DNA of 64,000 nt, from the NCBI GenBank assembly GCA_964016885.1, contig OZ024747.1, forward strand, positions 77,004,001-77,068,000. The letters run 5' to 3'. The notes below the pieces were generated by a model that was not told where the DNA came from, did no database searches, and worked only from the letters and a program-made list of their open reading frames with translations. The DNA is from Eledone cirrhosa (taxonomy: Eukaryota). Both the position numbers and the translations under genes were made by a program. Shown one piece after another: positions 41,700 through 56,612 of this stretch (within the stretch, counting starts at the first letter, position 1; every line of letters begins with the position of its first letter).

Positions 41700-44600
41700 A
41701 AGATGATGTTGTTGCTGTTGTTGTTGTTGTTGTTGTTGTTGTTGGTGTTGTTAGTGGTGGTGGTGGTGTTGTTGTTGTTAGTGGTGGTGGTGGTGGTGGT
41801 GGTGGTGATGATGTTTGTGTTGTTTGTGTTGTGGTGGTGTTATGGTTTTAGTGATGTTGTTGTGGTGTTAGTGGTGTAGTGGTGTTAGTGGTGGTGTGGT
41901 GGTGCTGCTGTGGTGTTAGTGGGGTTGTTCGAGTGTTAGTGGTGTGGTGGTGTTAGCTGTGTGGTGGTGTTAGTGGTGTAGTGGTGTTAGTGGTGTAGTG
42001 GTGTTAGTGGTGAGGTGGTGTTAGGTGCGTGGTGCTGTTAGTGGTGTTAGTGGTGTAGTGGTGTTGGTGGTGGTGTGGTGGTGTTGCTGTGGTGTTAGTG
42101 GGGTTGTTCGAGTGTTAGTGGTGTGGTGGTGTTAGCTGTGTGGTGGTGTTAGTGGTGTAGTGGTGTTAGTGGTGGTGTGGTGGTGTTGCTGTGGTGTTAG
42201 TGGGGTTGTTCGAGTGTTAGTGGTGTGGTGGTGTTAGCTGTGTGGTGGTGTTAGTGGTGTAGTGGTGTTAGTGGTGAGGTGGTGTTAGGTGCGTGGTGGT
42301 GTTAGTGGTGTGGTGGTGTTAGTGGTGTAGTGGTGTTAGTGGTGTAGTGGTGTTAGTGGTGAGGTGGTGTTAGTGGTGTGGTGGTGTTAGGTGTGTGGTG
42401 GTGTTAGTGGTGTTAGTGGTACAATTGTGGTGTTAGTGGTGTTGTGGTGGTGGTAGTGGTGCTGTGGTGGTAGTGGTGTAGTGGTGTCAGTGGTATGGTG
42501 GTGTTAGTGGTGTGGAGTTGTTAGTGGTATTGTGGTGGTAGTGGTATTGTGGTGGTGTTAGTGGTGTTAGTGGTGTTGTGGTGGTGGTGGTAGTGGTGGT
42601 GCTAGTGGTGTGGTGGTGGTGGTGTTAGTGGTGTTGTGGTGGTGGTGGTAGTGGTGTAGTGGTAGTGCTAGTGGTGGGGTGGTGGTGTTAGTGGTGTTGT
42701 GGTGGCGGTAGTGGTGTAGTGGTGGTGCTAGTGGTGTGGTGGTGGTGGTGTTAGTGGTGTTGTGGTGATGGTAGTGGTGTAGTGGTGGTGCTAGTGGTGT
42801 GGTGATGGTGTTAGTGGTGTAGTGGTGGTGGTAGTGGTATAGTGGTGGTGCTAGTGGTGTGGTGCTGTTAGTGGTGTCAGTGGTGTTGTGGTGGTCTTAT
42901 GCTAACTACATGTTAAGTATGTGTTTGACATCACTCCCGCCACTATGTCCAGTCTTCACCACTGTCCATCATGGCGGATATTTTTACTGTTTTTAAAATT
43001 CCTTTTGTCCTTGTTGAAAATAACAAAATTATAACCACCTGCCATCATCACCACCACCATTACCCCCCCCCCCCCCCCCCCCCCCACCACCACCACCACC
43101 ACCACTATCACCCCGCCCCCACCACCACCACCATCACCACCTGCCATCATCATCACTACCATCACCCCCCCCCCCCCCACCCCCACCACCACCCCCACAC
43201 CCCACCACCACCACCATCACCACCTGCCATCATCATCATCACTACTATAGTCGTCATCATCATCATGCCTTTGTTGATTTTATTGATAACCTTGATATTG
43301 TTTGCTTTGTTACTGGCGGTGGGGGTGGAGGTGGTGGTAGTGGTGGTGATGGTGGAGGTGGCGGTAGTGGTGGTGGTGGCGGTGGGGGTGGAGGTGGTGG
43401 TGATGGTGGTAGGTGGTGGAGGTGGCGGTGATGGTGGTAGGTGGTGGAGGTGGTGGTGATGGTGGTAGTGGTGGAGGTGGTGGAGGTGGTGGAGGTGGTG
43501 GTGATGGTGGTAGGTGGTGGAGGTGGTGGTGATGGTGGTAGGTGGTGGAGGTGGTGGTGATGGTGGTAGGTGGTGGAGGTGGTGGAGGTGGCGGTGATGG
43601 TGGTAGGTGGTAGGTGGTGGAGGTGGTGGTGATGGTGGTAGTGGTGGAGGTGGTGGAGGTGGTGGAGGTGGCGGTAGTGGTGGTGATGGTGGTAGTGGTG
43701 GAGGTGGTGGAGGTGGCGGTGATGGTGGTAGGTGGTGGAGGTGGTGGTGATGGTGGTAGGTGGTGGAGGTGGTGGAGGTGGCGGTGATGGTGGTAGGTGG
43801 TGGAGGTGGTGGTGATGGTGGTAGTGGTGGAGGTGGTGGAGGTGGTGGAGGTGGCGGTAGTGGCGGTGATGGTGGTAGTGGTGGAGGTGGTGGAGGTGGT
43901 GGTAGTGGTGGAGGTGGTGTAGGTGGCGGTAGTGGTGGTGGTGGTGGTAGGTGGTGGAGGTGGTGGAGGTGGTGGAGGTGGCGGTAGTGGTGGTGATGGT
44001 GGTAGGTGGTGGTGATGGTGGTAGTGGTGGAGGTGGTGGAGGTGGCGGTAGTGGTGGAGGTGGTGGTAGGTGGTGGAGGTGGTGGAGGTGGTGGAGGTGG
44101 CGGTAGTGGTGGAGGTGGTGGTAGTGGTGGTGATGGTGGTAGTGGTGGTAGGTGGTGGAGGTGGTGGAGGTGGTGGAGGTGGCGGTAGTGGTGGTGATGG
44201 TGGTAGTGGTGGAGGTGGTGGAGGTGGTGGTAGTGGTGGAGGTGGTGGAGGTGGCGGTAGTGGTGGTGATGGTGGTAGGTGGTGGAGGTGGTGGAGGTGG
44301 TGGAGGTGGTGGAGGTGGTGGAGGTGGCGGTAGTGGTGGTGATGGTGGTAGGTGGTGGAGGTGGTGGAGGTGGTGGAGGTGGTGGAGGTGGCGGTAGTGG
44401 TGGTGATGGTGGTAGGTGGTGGAGGTGGTGGAGGTGGTGGAGGTGGTGGAGGTGGCGGTAGTGGTGGAGGTGGTGGTAGTGGTGGTGATGGTGGTAGGTG
44501 GTGGAGGTGGTGGAGGTGGTGGTAGTGGTGGAGGTGGTGGTGGAGGTGGAGGTGGAGGTGGTGGTGGTGGTGGTAGTAGTAGTGGTGGTGGTGGTGGTGG

Positions 44601-44700
44601 TGGTGGTGGTGGAGGTCGTCGTCGCTGTTGTTGAGATGGAGAATGTTGTTGTGATAGTTGCTGTGGTAGTTGTTGTGGTAGTTGTTGTTGTTGTTGTTGT
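41700..44700. repeat. G/T-rich (gtggtgtta)n block, (ACC)n block and (GGT/GGA)n block
   Basis: Direct inspection. Confidence 0.9.
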
Positions 44701-44819
44701 TGGGGAGCCGGTGAAGAGGTTATATTTGTTGTTGAAGTCCTTGTTGCTGTTGTTATACGACCACGTTACTAGGAAAACCAGGCATGCAACAGCTGTCAAC
44801 TTGCCCGAGCGACCGCATG

Positions 44820-44898
<79 letters not shown>

Positions 44899-44899
44899 A

Positions 44900-45002
<103 letters not shown>

Positions 45003-45119
45003 GTGAGTAAATTGTATCTGTGTGAGACGTGCCCATGTATATATGGATGAAAATCATAAACGTACATGTATATGCATGTAAAATAACTGTATATATTTCA
45101 AATGAATGTACGTCTAACT

Positions 45120-45623
45120 CCTGTATATATGTGTATATAGTTGTAATATCTGTGCAGGTGCACTATGTATATGAGTGTGTAACATGTATTTGTGAATATG
45201 TGTGTAATGTATTATGTATCTTTGAAATCTGTCATATAATATAATTGTTTCTGCTTTTGGCACAAGGCCAGCAAATACCCAGTGTATTACTGGTACTTTA
45301 TTTTATCGACCCCGTAAGGATGAAAGACAAAGTTAAACTCGGCGGGATTTGAACTCAGACCATAAAGTTACGGCACTTTATGGTCTGAGTTCAAATCCGG
45401 CCAAAGTTAACTTTACCTTTCATCCTTACGGGGTCGATAAAATAAAGTACCAGTAACACACTGGGTATTTGCTGGCCTTGTGCCAAAAGTAGAAACAATT
45501 ATATTATATGACAGATTTCACAGATACATAATACATTACACACATATTCACAAATACATGTTACACACTCATATACATAGTGCACCTGCACAGATATTAC
45601 AACTATATACACATATATACAGG
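45120..45623. repeat. Inverted repeat: two head-to-head 5'-truncated family A SINEs plus 121 bp of mirrored flank
   Basis: Arms 45120-45368 and 45375-45623, loop tacggc. Confidence 0.95.
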
Positions 45624-45854
45624 ACCTATGTGTCATGTAATGTAATATATAACTGTTAGCAGTAATTATTTCGGTTCGGTGTTCTTTGAGTTCAAATCTC
45701 GGCGAAATCCATTTTGCCTTTCATCTTTTCAAGGTCTATAAAATAATTTCTAGTCGAGGGAAGGGGTGAGTTGGTGAAATCATTTAGAGCCTCAAACGAG
45801 AAACTTTACAATATTTGTATCGACGCTGTATGTCCTGGGTTCTAGTCCTCCTTT

Positions 45855-46052
45855 GGTTTATTAGGGACCCCTTCACCATTGCCCGGTTTATTAGGGACCC
45901 TATCCCCATTGCCCGGCTTATTAGAGACCCCTTCACTATTGCACGGTTTATTAGGGACCCTATCCCCATTGCCCGGTTTATTAGGGACATAGACCCCCAT
46001 CTCCATTGCCCGGTTTATTAGGGACATAGACCCCACCCCCATTGCCCGGTTT
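45855..46052. repeat. 30-bp minisatellite, ~6 copies
   Basis: Unit ggtttattagggaccc(cttca/tatcc)ccattgccc. Confidence 0.9.
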
Positions 46053-46922
46053 AACACCAGTGCTTGGCTCCTGAATGTCTTCGCCGTTGTCATTAATGTT
46101 TCTGTTGTGATTCAACATTAAACCAGTCTTGATTAAGCAGACATTTAATCAAATCGCTGCGATTATTTTGTTTTTGTTTTTGTTTTATTCTAGCTATAAT
46201 GTTACTCAGACCACATTATCTACTGTGTCCTTCCTTTTTTTAAGATGGTAGGTTATTATTTCTAGCATGTTGATCGAGAATATAGAAGCTCCCTCGTCGA
46301 TCATATCGGTGTTTATTTCGTGCGGTTCAATATGTAACAAGCGCTATGTTGGTTAATTTCTTTGCAGACTTTCCACAAATGCTTGTCTTTTGAGAGCTTC
46401 TGAAGAAATTATTCACATCTCACCATGTAAATTTTCTTTCTTCTTCTAGCTTGTTTCTCGAATAACAGTAATATTTATTTATTGTCTTGTTCAGATTATT
46501 TATTATTCCCCGGATTTTTGTGTTTAGTGAAGCCAATTATCCAAGCGAAATCGTTGAGAAAGTTTTTCTTTAAACTTTCGTTCCAACATCTGCAACAATC
46601 TACCGACAGTTTCTTCATTTCATTACATCAATACATCAATAAAATTCTTTCCTTTGATACCGGTTCCAAGTAATTAATCTTACTTTACTTCTTCCACAAC
46701 AAAAGCATGTTTTCGATATAAAAACGAGCGAGAAACTCAATCTTAACAAGAATTATTACCTGCCTGTTCAGCATTCCTGTCACATTTATCCATTTCTTTT
46801 CATGCGCTACTTTGGTTAAGAAATGACAGACCCATTACCTATTACATATTACTACATAACATGACTTGGTTTTTCTGTTAAGATTCTTAAATTTCTATCT
46901 ACACATGCAAACAGAGATGCAC

Positions 46923-47070
46923 GCACAGGCATGACTGTGTTGTGTGCTCAAGGACTTCGCTTCGCTACCAAGTAATTTCGGGTCCCATTAATTGGTACCT
47001 TGGGTTGACTAATGTCTTGTGATTGGAATTTGGTAAATGAAATATGTGTGGACGCTCGTCAGATATATAT
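46923..47070 (+). mobile_element. Degenerate octopus-type tRNA SINE (family C)
   Basis: gcacaggcatgactgtg..gtcccat..ggtaccttggg..cttgtgattggaatttggta..gctcgtc, then a TA tail; resembles octopus OK/OR-type SINEs as I recall them. Confidence 0.5.
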
Positions 47071-47106
47071 ATGTCAATTATAACCTGTTGACTTGTACTT
47101 CATGTT

Positions 47107-47863
<757 letters not shown>

Positions 47864-47910
47864 GTATCTTGCTCCAATACTGTTGAGCGCTTTATATTAT
47901 AACTGAAAAA

Positions 47911-49494
47911 ATGGAATTCTTTAAGATTACTTCCTCTTTAAAAGACATACCTCTACCTAGAAACAAAGACTTTATAAAACAATTAATAGATAAATCTGAC
48001 TCTTTTATAAGGAGAATCAGGTGGCGAGCATTCCACTTTGATAAATCTAATATAAATGAAAATGTCTCGGACTTAAACAAAGTTTTCAAATCTAAAAGAA
48101 ATCCACCCCCTAACAAACTTTTATCTGACTTTGAAAACGATATAATCTCTATCATACAAGGGGTCAAATTCAAGAGAAACTTCAAAGGCCAGGAATATCT
48201 GAAAGGCATTAAGGATAATATTGAGAGCTTAGAGAAAACTGAGAAGATCTTAGTGAAATCTGACAAGACCAACAACCTCTATGGAGTGCAGAAAGACATG
48301 TATAATGGCCTCATACTGAAGGAACTGAGGAAAAAGTACAAGGTAGCAGATAAGGCCGAGCTTGAGAAAATGAATGTCGAAGCATCTTGTATAATGCACG
48401 AGTTGGAAATTGAGAACAGAACACAACCTTTCGTGCCCAGGAAACCGAAGATCAATATGAAAGATCACAAAAGGAATTTTGAAAATGACTTGCCAGTTAG
48501 ATTGATCGCACCATCAAAATCGGACCTGGGCAAATTAAGCAAAAACATTCTTGACAGGGTGATACAGCAAATTAAGAACTTGGATTGTTTACCTAACCTG
48601 AGCTTGTGGAAGGGAACTGGAGAGGTTGTTGAGTGGTTTAAGCAAATTAAATATAACAATAATAATAAGTTTATTCAACTTGATATTGCTAACTATTATT
48701 CTTCTATTACCCCTAATCTACTAAATAAGGCACTAAATTACGCATTCAAACATACAGACCTAACTAGCAATGAAATGCACATTATATTATCGGCTAGGAA
48801 AATATTGATAGAATTTAATGACCAACTATGGACCAGAGCAGATAGAGATAGCAATTTTGACATTACTATGGGATCATCCGACTCAGCTCAGGTAACTGAC
48901 CTTGTGGGCTTATTTTTAATCAATTCGCTACATAGGAAAATACCTGGTACTACCGGAGGTTTATATAGAGATGACATGCTTTTACTTATTGATAATAATA
49001 ACTCTGAACTAAATAGAAGAAGAAAACAAATTACACAATTTTTTAATTACTTTAATCTTAAAATAGAAATTGAGAACAACCATAGAATAGTCAATTTCCT
49101 AGATATAACATTAAATCTCAACACATGTCTTCACTATCCTTTTCACAAGTTGAATGAAAACTTAAACTATGTCAGCTTTAACTCTAACCACCCCAGATCT
49201 GTCAAAAACACTATAGTAAACTCTGTTCAAAAACGTATCTCTAGAATCTCGTCTAATAGAAAGATTTTCGACGAAAAAGCCCAGTACTACAATGAAGCGT
49301 TAGCTAGAGCAGGATATAGTGATAAGATTATGTACATAGATAATGATAGACAAACTAAACAAAATAACAACTATTTTAATTACGGCAACAACCTTAACAA
49401 CTATAATAGAAAGCATTACAATAATTCCAAAAGCCAAAAAAGAAATAGAACTAGGAACATAATATGGTTTGCCCCCCCCCCCCTTTCTCACTAA
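47911..49494 (+). CDS. Penelope-like reverse transcriptase (N-terminal part of single ORF)
   Basis: KSDKT, PKINMKDHK, PVRLI, LDIANYYSSI, ITMGS, YRDD, VNFLDI, SNHP motifs; frame breaks in the C12 run at 49472-49483. Confidence 0.92.
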   Translation: MEFFKITSSLKDIPLPRNKDFIKQLIDKSDSFIRRIRWRAFHFDKSNINENVSDLNKVFKSKRNPPPNKLLSDFENDIISIIQGVKFKRNFKGQEYLKGIKDNIESLEKTEKILVKSDKTNNLYGVQKDMYNGLILKELRKKYKVADKAELEKMNVEASCIMHELEIENRTQPFVPRKPKINMKDHKRNFENDLPVRLIAPSKSDLGKLSKNILDRVIQQIKNLDCLPNLSLWKGTGEVVEWFKQIKYNNNNKFIQLDIANYYSSITPNLLNKALNYAFKHTDLTSNEMHIILSARKILIEFNDQLWTRADRDSNFDITMGSSDSAQVTDLVGLFLINSLHRKIPGTTGGLYRDDMLLLIDNNNSELNRRRKQITQFFNYFNLKIEIENNHRIVNFLDITLNLNTCLHYPFHKLNENLNYVSFNSNHPRSVKNTIVNSVQKRISRISSNRKIFDEKAQYYNEALARAGYSDKIMYIDNDRQTKQNNNYFNYGNNLNNYNRKHYNNSKSQKRNRTRNIIWFAPPPLSH

Positions 49495-50129
49495 ACATTA
49501 AAACCCACATCGCTAAACTATTTTTTAAAGCTCTTGATAATCGCTTCCCTAGAACACATAGGTATCACTCAATTTTCAATAGACATACTATAAAATTAAC
49601 CTACTCATCCACCAAAAATTTAGCACAAAATATTAATAGAATAAATAATAGGAACTTAAAACCTAGCGATAATAGCATAAATAATATACAAGTTAACAAA
49701 TGTAACTGTAGAGATAGATCTAAATGTCCGTTAAATAACAACTGCTTAGTTAAAAATATAATATACAATTGTAATGTTAAAACTGACTCTAATTCTTTTA
49801 ACTACGTCGGTTCCACATCGACGGAATTTAAACTTCGATATAATAACCACAAGAATTCTTTCACAGATCCAAGCAAAAAATCTTCAACAGCACTATCAGG
49901 CGTACTCTGGCAACTTAGGCTAGATAACGTTAGATATTCGACGGCTTGGAATATAGTCTCAAGAGGAATTCCTTTTAATTCATCCTCTGAGACATGTGAC
50001 CTCTGCGCAGAGGAGATATTCTTTATACTAAAATCTAAAAATTCCCTTAATCTACGGACAAATTTATTCAGTTGCTGCAAACATAGATTAAACTTAACTT
50101 TTAAATATAAATTTAAATTTAAAACGTAG
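49464..50129 (+). CDS. Penelope-like linker plus GIY-YIG endonuclease (frameshifted continuation)
   Basis: PPFSLNIKT, IFNRHTIKLTYS, CNCRDRSKCP..C, NIIY..YVGST..FKLRYNNH, CDLC..E, CKH. Confidence 0.9.
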   Translation: MVCPPPPFSLNIKTHIAKLFFKALDNRFPRTHRYHSIFNRHTIKLTYSSTKNLAQNINRINNRNLKPSDNSINNIQVNKCNCRDRSKCPLNNNCLVKNIIYNCNVKTDSNSFNYVGSTSTEFKLRYNNHKNSFTDPSKKSSTALSGVLWQLRLDNVRYSTAWNIVSRGIPFNSSSETCDLCAEEIFFILKSKNSLNLRTNLFSCCKHRLNLTFKYKFKFKT

Positions 50130-51107
50130 TATATTTAGTTTGATTTATAATTATTTGGGAAACTAGCCGATAAATCTTTCGATTTCTTCTTTTTATTCTT
50201 CTTTTTATTTTTATTTTTATTTAAACATTCTTCATGAAAAATTAAACTACCCTAAAAGTTGATGCTCCAAATATTTCGAATAAACGTTACACTAGATAAA
50301 CTTCTATATTAAATATAAGAACACATGTAGACCAAATGGGCATCCTAAACTTTTTGAAATGATTTTTGCTAGACGCGATTTGATAAATAATCTTTAGCTT
50401 TATCTGCTTTCGACTCTGATGCTTATAATGAACTTGGCAATATATTGTCAATTAATTTTTGATGGGTTGATCTTTGTGGTCGATTTGCGTGGCATATTAT
50501 GTTTCTATTATGTTTTTATTTTTATTATTGTAATATTTTCTAATATTTTTATTTTTAATATGTAATATTTTTTAGTTTTCTATTTTATTATTATTTATTA
50601 TTATTATTATTATTTTTTGTTTTTGTTTCTGATATTTTTTATTAATATATTGAAATCTGTTCTCTATTTCTGCTTGATAGATAATCATGTAGAGTAAAGA
50701 CAAGAATAGTATTGTTAAAATTAATATAGACTCTATATATATGTGTATATATATACACATATATGTATACTTAAATTTTTATAGCACAATGAGAATGTTC
50801 TCCGTGTGAAATAGGGGTTTGCAGAGTTGATCACGTAAATTCACATCGATGTTTGGAGTTATCATATAAACATATGAATTTTTAAAACTAAACATAAGAT
50901 CATTACTTTTCACACATTATGGATACGTGTCTCATTCAGGAATACTGATATTTACATTATAGTGCCTGGTTTTTATACATACTAATACTTCTACATTAAA
51001 ACATAGGGTTTTTAAATTTTGCCTCGCCTATGTCTGGTTACTTTTCATTTTTCTCTCTATGTAACGGCTGTTTTCTTTCCTAACCACATATATCTCCCTT
51101 ACATTAA

Positions 51108-51637
51108 TACTAGAGCTAAATAAATAAATAAATAAATAAATGTATCATTGATACGTTCATTCAACGGATGTCCAACTATCTATTTCCTCTCTCTATATAT
51201 ATCTCTATCTGTTTCTTTACATGAAGTTCTTCTCTTTATCTATCTTTCCATCTCTCTATTTTGTTGCATGCATTTCTTCTTTTTCTTCTTTTTCTTCGTT
51301 TTCTTTCTTTCTTTTCTTTCTTTCCTTCTTTCTCTCTTTCTTTCTTTCTGTTTACAATTTTTCACTGCCAAATCAACTTTTTCAAATACAAGTCGATGTT
51401 GAACGGTATGTCAAATCTATTTATCTATAAAACTGTCTATATTGTATTTTGTCTGAGGAAGGCATAACATATTGTTAATATGATATCCCTGAAATATATA
51501 TAATGAAATAAATATGGTTTTATAAATATAGTTTCCATTTATTTAATATCGTAAATATACTCCAAATACTTGTTGAGTGCTTTTATATCAGTTATAAATA
51601 TTTACTAGTTGTAACCCAACAATTTAAATATAACTTT

Positions 51638-51641
<4 letters not shown>
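51108..51641 (+). repeat. 3' pLTR
   Basis: Direct repeat of 47331-47863. Confidence 0.95.
51439..51515 (+). ncRNA. Minimal type I hammerhead ribozyme in 3' pLTR
   Basis: Identical to 47661-47737. Confidence 0.8.
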
Positions 51642-51702
<61 letters not shown>

Positions 51703-52034
51703 AACATGAAGTACAAGTCAACAGGTTATAATTAACGTTTATTCATAATCGCTGGAGAGAGAGAGAGAGAGGGAGAGAGAGAGAAGAAGAAGAAGAAGAA
51801 GAAGAAGAAGAAGAAGAAGAAGAAGAAGAAGAAGAAGAAGAAGAAGAAGAAGAAGAAGAAGAAGAAGAAGAAGAAGAAGAAGAAGAAGAAGAAGAAGAAG
51901 AAAAGAACATGCCCATGCATGAACAACGACAACAAAAACAACGACGACATGCCTGCGAGAGATCCTCTACGTGGCGTCTCATTGTCCGGGAAATAGCAGC
52001 TAAATCTCACTTCAATCACGCATACCTTGTATGT

Positions 52035-52550
52035 ATGTAAGAAACACCTTTCCAGAAATAACTTCTGGAGAGAAGAGGATATGTGTGATGTCCGAACGAG
52101 TATCCGCCAACTCCAATACACTTACCCTCCGCCTCTGGGCCCCGGCTGACGCGATGGAGAATACCTTGCCCCGGAGGACACGGGGAGAGAGACAAACTGG
52201 ATCAGCCACTCCAGGTCGCGGGGCTCGCACTTGCGGGCAACCAAATCCACTCCGATACCCTTGAGTAGGGATGTAGTTCGGGTGACAAGAACATCCTGTA
52301 TGAGGAAAACGCAAATACTGCAGTTCTTCATACACCAAATGGTTATTGATGGAATAAATTTGCAAATAGGATTGCTCGACCTTTGGCTAAACAACGACGC
52401 AATACCAGAGGTATATCATGTATAGCAGATAACGAGTGGAGGCCCAAGAACAGAAGTATATATTTAGAGAATGGTGTGAGCTGCAATAGGCGTAGTTCCA
52501 ACTGTAAGCGAAACCATTCATAATTCTATAGGTATTGCATAGTTCTAGCT
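52035..52550. mobile_element. Unclassified LINE-like relic(s)
   Basis: GC-rich 52090-52290 resembles an RTE ORF start (MENTLPRR..GSATPG). Minus-strand NTYRIMNG / KFIPSITIW weakly resemble a CR1/L2 C-terminus. Confidence 0.3.
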
Positions 52551-52586
52551 GTGTGCGTATGTATACATATATATGTATATGTAAGT

Positions 52587-52632
<46 letters not shown>

Positions 52633-52706
52633 ATATAATTTCAACCGGAAATTCAGTCTTCGGATTTCTCTTTCATGTAACCATTAGATGCGTGTATACA
52701 TACATG

Positions 52707-52762
<56 letters not shown>

Positions 52763-53052
52763 CATACACAAATATGTACATACTAACGTATATATTTGCA
52801 TTCTTCGATACATATGCGCAGACATTTAGTCATAATGGCATGCATACAATGATACGAATAGTCCTTGTTGCTATTATATATATATACATACAAGCATATA
52901 TATGTATATATATATATGTATATATCACCGCATTAATGAGGATGTAGATTTATACATGTATATACCTTTCAACGGAAACATATATACTTTCATACTTGTA
53001 ACTATATACCTATATACGTACGCATTTAAATGTGTATTTACGACATTCGTTA

Positions 53053-53128
<76 letters not shown>

Positions 53129-53285
53129 ATACATTAACAGAGAAAGCTTTAAGCAATACTCCGACCGGCTTCCGTCTCACTCAACAAACATTACGATATA
53201 CCTTAGTATAATCCCAATTATACGTTTGGTGTGCTAACTATACGTATTTTGCGGATAGCCAGTTGCATTATTTTATATTAGACAA

Positions 53286-53458
53286 GGGCGGTGGATTGGC
53301 AGTATCGGTAGAGGGTCGGACGCCATGCTTTCCAGCATAGTTACGTCCCTTTGCGGTCTGAGTTCAAATCCCGCCGAGGTTAACTTTGCCTTTCATCCTT
53401 ACGGGGTCGATAAATACTGGGTATTTGATGGCCTTGTGCCAAAAGTAGAAACAATTAT
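53286..53458 (+). mobile_element. Family A SINE with 18-bp TSD
   Basis: TSD attattttatattagaca at 53267-53284 and 53454-53471. Confidence 0.95.
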
Positions 53459-53489
53459 TTTATATTAGACATAATTAAAATACATATAT

Positions 53490-53537
<48 letters not shown>

Positions 53538-53746
53538 TATTATCTACGAACAGAATGGAAAATACATAGAAATTAAAAGGATTATGGTTTTCACTCTGGT
53601 GGTATTATATTTCTTATAATTGAACACATGCTTCTTTGCGTATTTTGCTCTATATGGTGTATTATAAAGAGCCCACTATCTATTCCTTGAGCTCATTAAA
53701 TTATAGGGGTTTAATGTGAGTCTTTAACTCCGTTTTTTTTAATTTG

Positions 53747-53781
<35 letters not shown>

Positions 53782-53785
53782 TATA

Positions 53786-53853
<68 letters not shown>

Positions 53854-54230
53854 TGTGTGTGTGTCTGTGTGTGTCTCTGTATATATGTACGTATGTAAGT
53901 ATGTATGTATGTATGTATGTACTACGTATTTACGTATGTATGTATGTATAGTATATATGAATGTATGTATAGTATATTTGGCAATATACGTTATGTTTAA
54001 TTTAAAACATTTAGAAGACCATACACTATCAGTTTTAAAGTAGTGACTATGTCACTTACTTCTGTTCGGCGAAAGAAGGGAGAGAAGCTGACAGTCTGTT
54101 TCATGCTGGTTGGCGTTCATCAGAGCCACGTACTCCCCTGCTTTCGCCGAAAGAATTCGAGTAATAATCAGAAGCTGATTATACAGAGCGATATATATGT
54201 ATATATGTATATATATATATATATATATAT

Positions 54231-54640
<410 letters not shown>

Positions 54641-55039
54641 AACATATGTCTAAATTAGAAAGTAATACATTCTGACATCCAGTCAGTCAGAGAGAAATAT
54701 ATTTATCAATTATATATTTAAAGTCATTCGATCTCTAACTTATAAAATGAAATGGTATCGTTGTCAGCCATGTTGTCTTTGAAATCGAAGCACCATATTC
54801 TGTATATATAACCCAATCCTAACCACTACCAGCTCGGCATTTATTAGACTCTATGCTAAGACAATACTTATCAAACTCATCTAATTCTCTATGGAGACTG
54901 ATGAGTGATAAATATCCTTGCCAATGTAATCATATACTGCGACTGTCATGGCTGCCTGTCGTTACACAATATCGCATCCAAATATATCGTATCCCCATGG
55001 AATTTATACAATAGTTTGTAGATATCATAGTAATGATTG

Positions 55040-55231
55040 AGGGCGGTGGATTGGCAGTATCGGTAGAGGGTTGGACGCCATGATTTCCAGCAAAGTTACA
55101 TCCCTTTACGGTCTGAGTTCAAATCACGTCGAGGTTAACTTTGCCTTTCATCCTTACGGGGTCGATAAAATAAAGTACCAGTAATACACTGTGATATTTG
55201 CTGGCCTTGTACCAAAAGTAGAAACAATTAT
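55040..55231 (+). mobile_element. Full-length family A SINE
   Basis: Consensus match; short TSD atagtaat. Confidence 0.92.
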
Positions 55232-55553
55232 AGTAATTGTTTCCCAGGTTCAATAATCATTATATCCTGTTTTAGTTTTCTCTTTTGTACATTTTTGGTA
55301 TTTCTTTCTACTACTCCGACTCATTCTCATACACCTCCTCCTCTTAATAATTCTCCACTCCTTTTAATCCTCCTCCTCTTCTTCCCCTTCACTCCACCCC
55401 TCCTCCTCCCCATCCTCCTCCTCCTCCTCCTCCTCCTCCTCCTCCTCCTCCTCCTCCTCCTCCTCCTCCTCTTCTCCTTCATCTTTTTCTTGGCGCTATT
55501 ATTTTCTCATACACCATTGTAACAAACGTCCACCGTTTTGTATCACTTCCTTG

Positions 55554-55633
<80 letters not shown>

Positions 55634-55766
55634 ATATATATATATATGTCGAAAGAACCATTAGATAAACTATATACAGTATTTCCTCTCCTAATCAGTA
55701 TAAATCAACGACATAAAAAATTCATTTAAACGAGTGACTATGTGTAAGTATATATATACCTTTTGA

Positions 55767-55803
<37 letters not shown>

Positions 55804-55825
55804 CATATATATTGTATATATATAT

Positions 55826-55970
55826 AGTATCGATTCCTGAGTCGGACGCGATTACTACCGATCGTACCTTGAGCAGATCGATCGCGAAACGCGCGTCACG
55901 TGTTGATAAACATAATGACGTTATATTGATACTTCGTTCCTGTTCCTTATCATTAGAAACGATTATTATT
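55826..55970 (+). mobile_element. pLTR-like remnant with hammerhead 3' half
   Basis: gcgat..cgatc..gatcg-atcgc-GAAAC-GCGC-GUC; no intact CUGANGA; lies between TA-rich tracts. Confidence 0.45.
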
Positions 55971-55993
55971 ATACATATATATGTATAATAATA

Positions 55994-56077
<84 letters not shown>

Positions 56078-56612
56078 GTGTGCGTATGTGTGTGTGTGTA
56101 TGTGTGTATGTATGTACATATATATGTGTGTATATATGTATGTGTGTGTGTGTGTATGTATGTACATATATATGTGTGCATATGTGTGTATATATATATA
56201 TGTGTGTGTGCATGTGTGTGTGTGTGCTTGAGCATGTGTGTATGTGTATGTGTGTCTGTGTATGTGTGTCTGTGTATGTGTGTATGTATGTATATATATA
56301 TATGTGTGTATATGTGTATATATATATATGTATGTATATATGTATATATGTATGCATAAATTGTATTATCTGTTGTAGACTGGGAACGGTTTTAATGTAG
56401 TGATAATTTCCCATGGAATTGCAAAAGAAATAATAGGTAATAAATGTTGGGAACATTAAATTTGCAAATGTTGATTGTATCTGAACATGTCTGCTGTCTT
56501 TGTATTAGAAAGATAATCTCTGGCAGAAAACAGACTGAAAATGAAACAAACAAAAAATATGGAAGACATTTGATAGAATAAAAAAGAAAAGTTATATAAT
56601 ATAAAGTTATAA

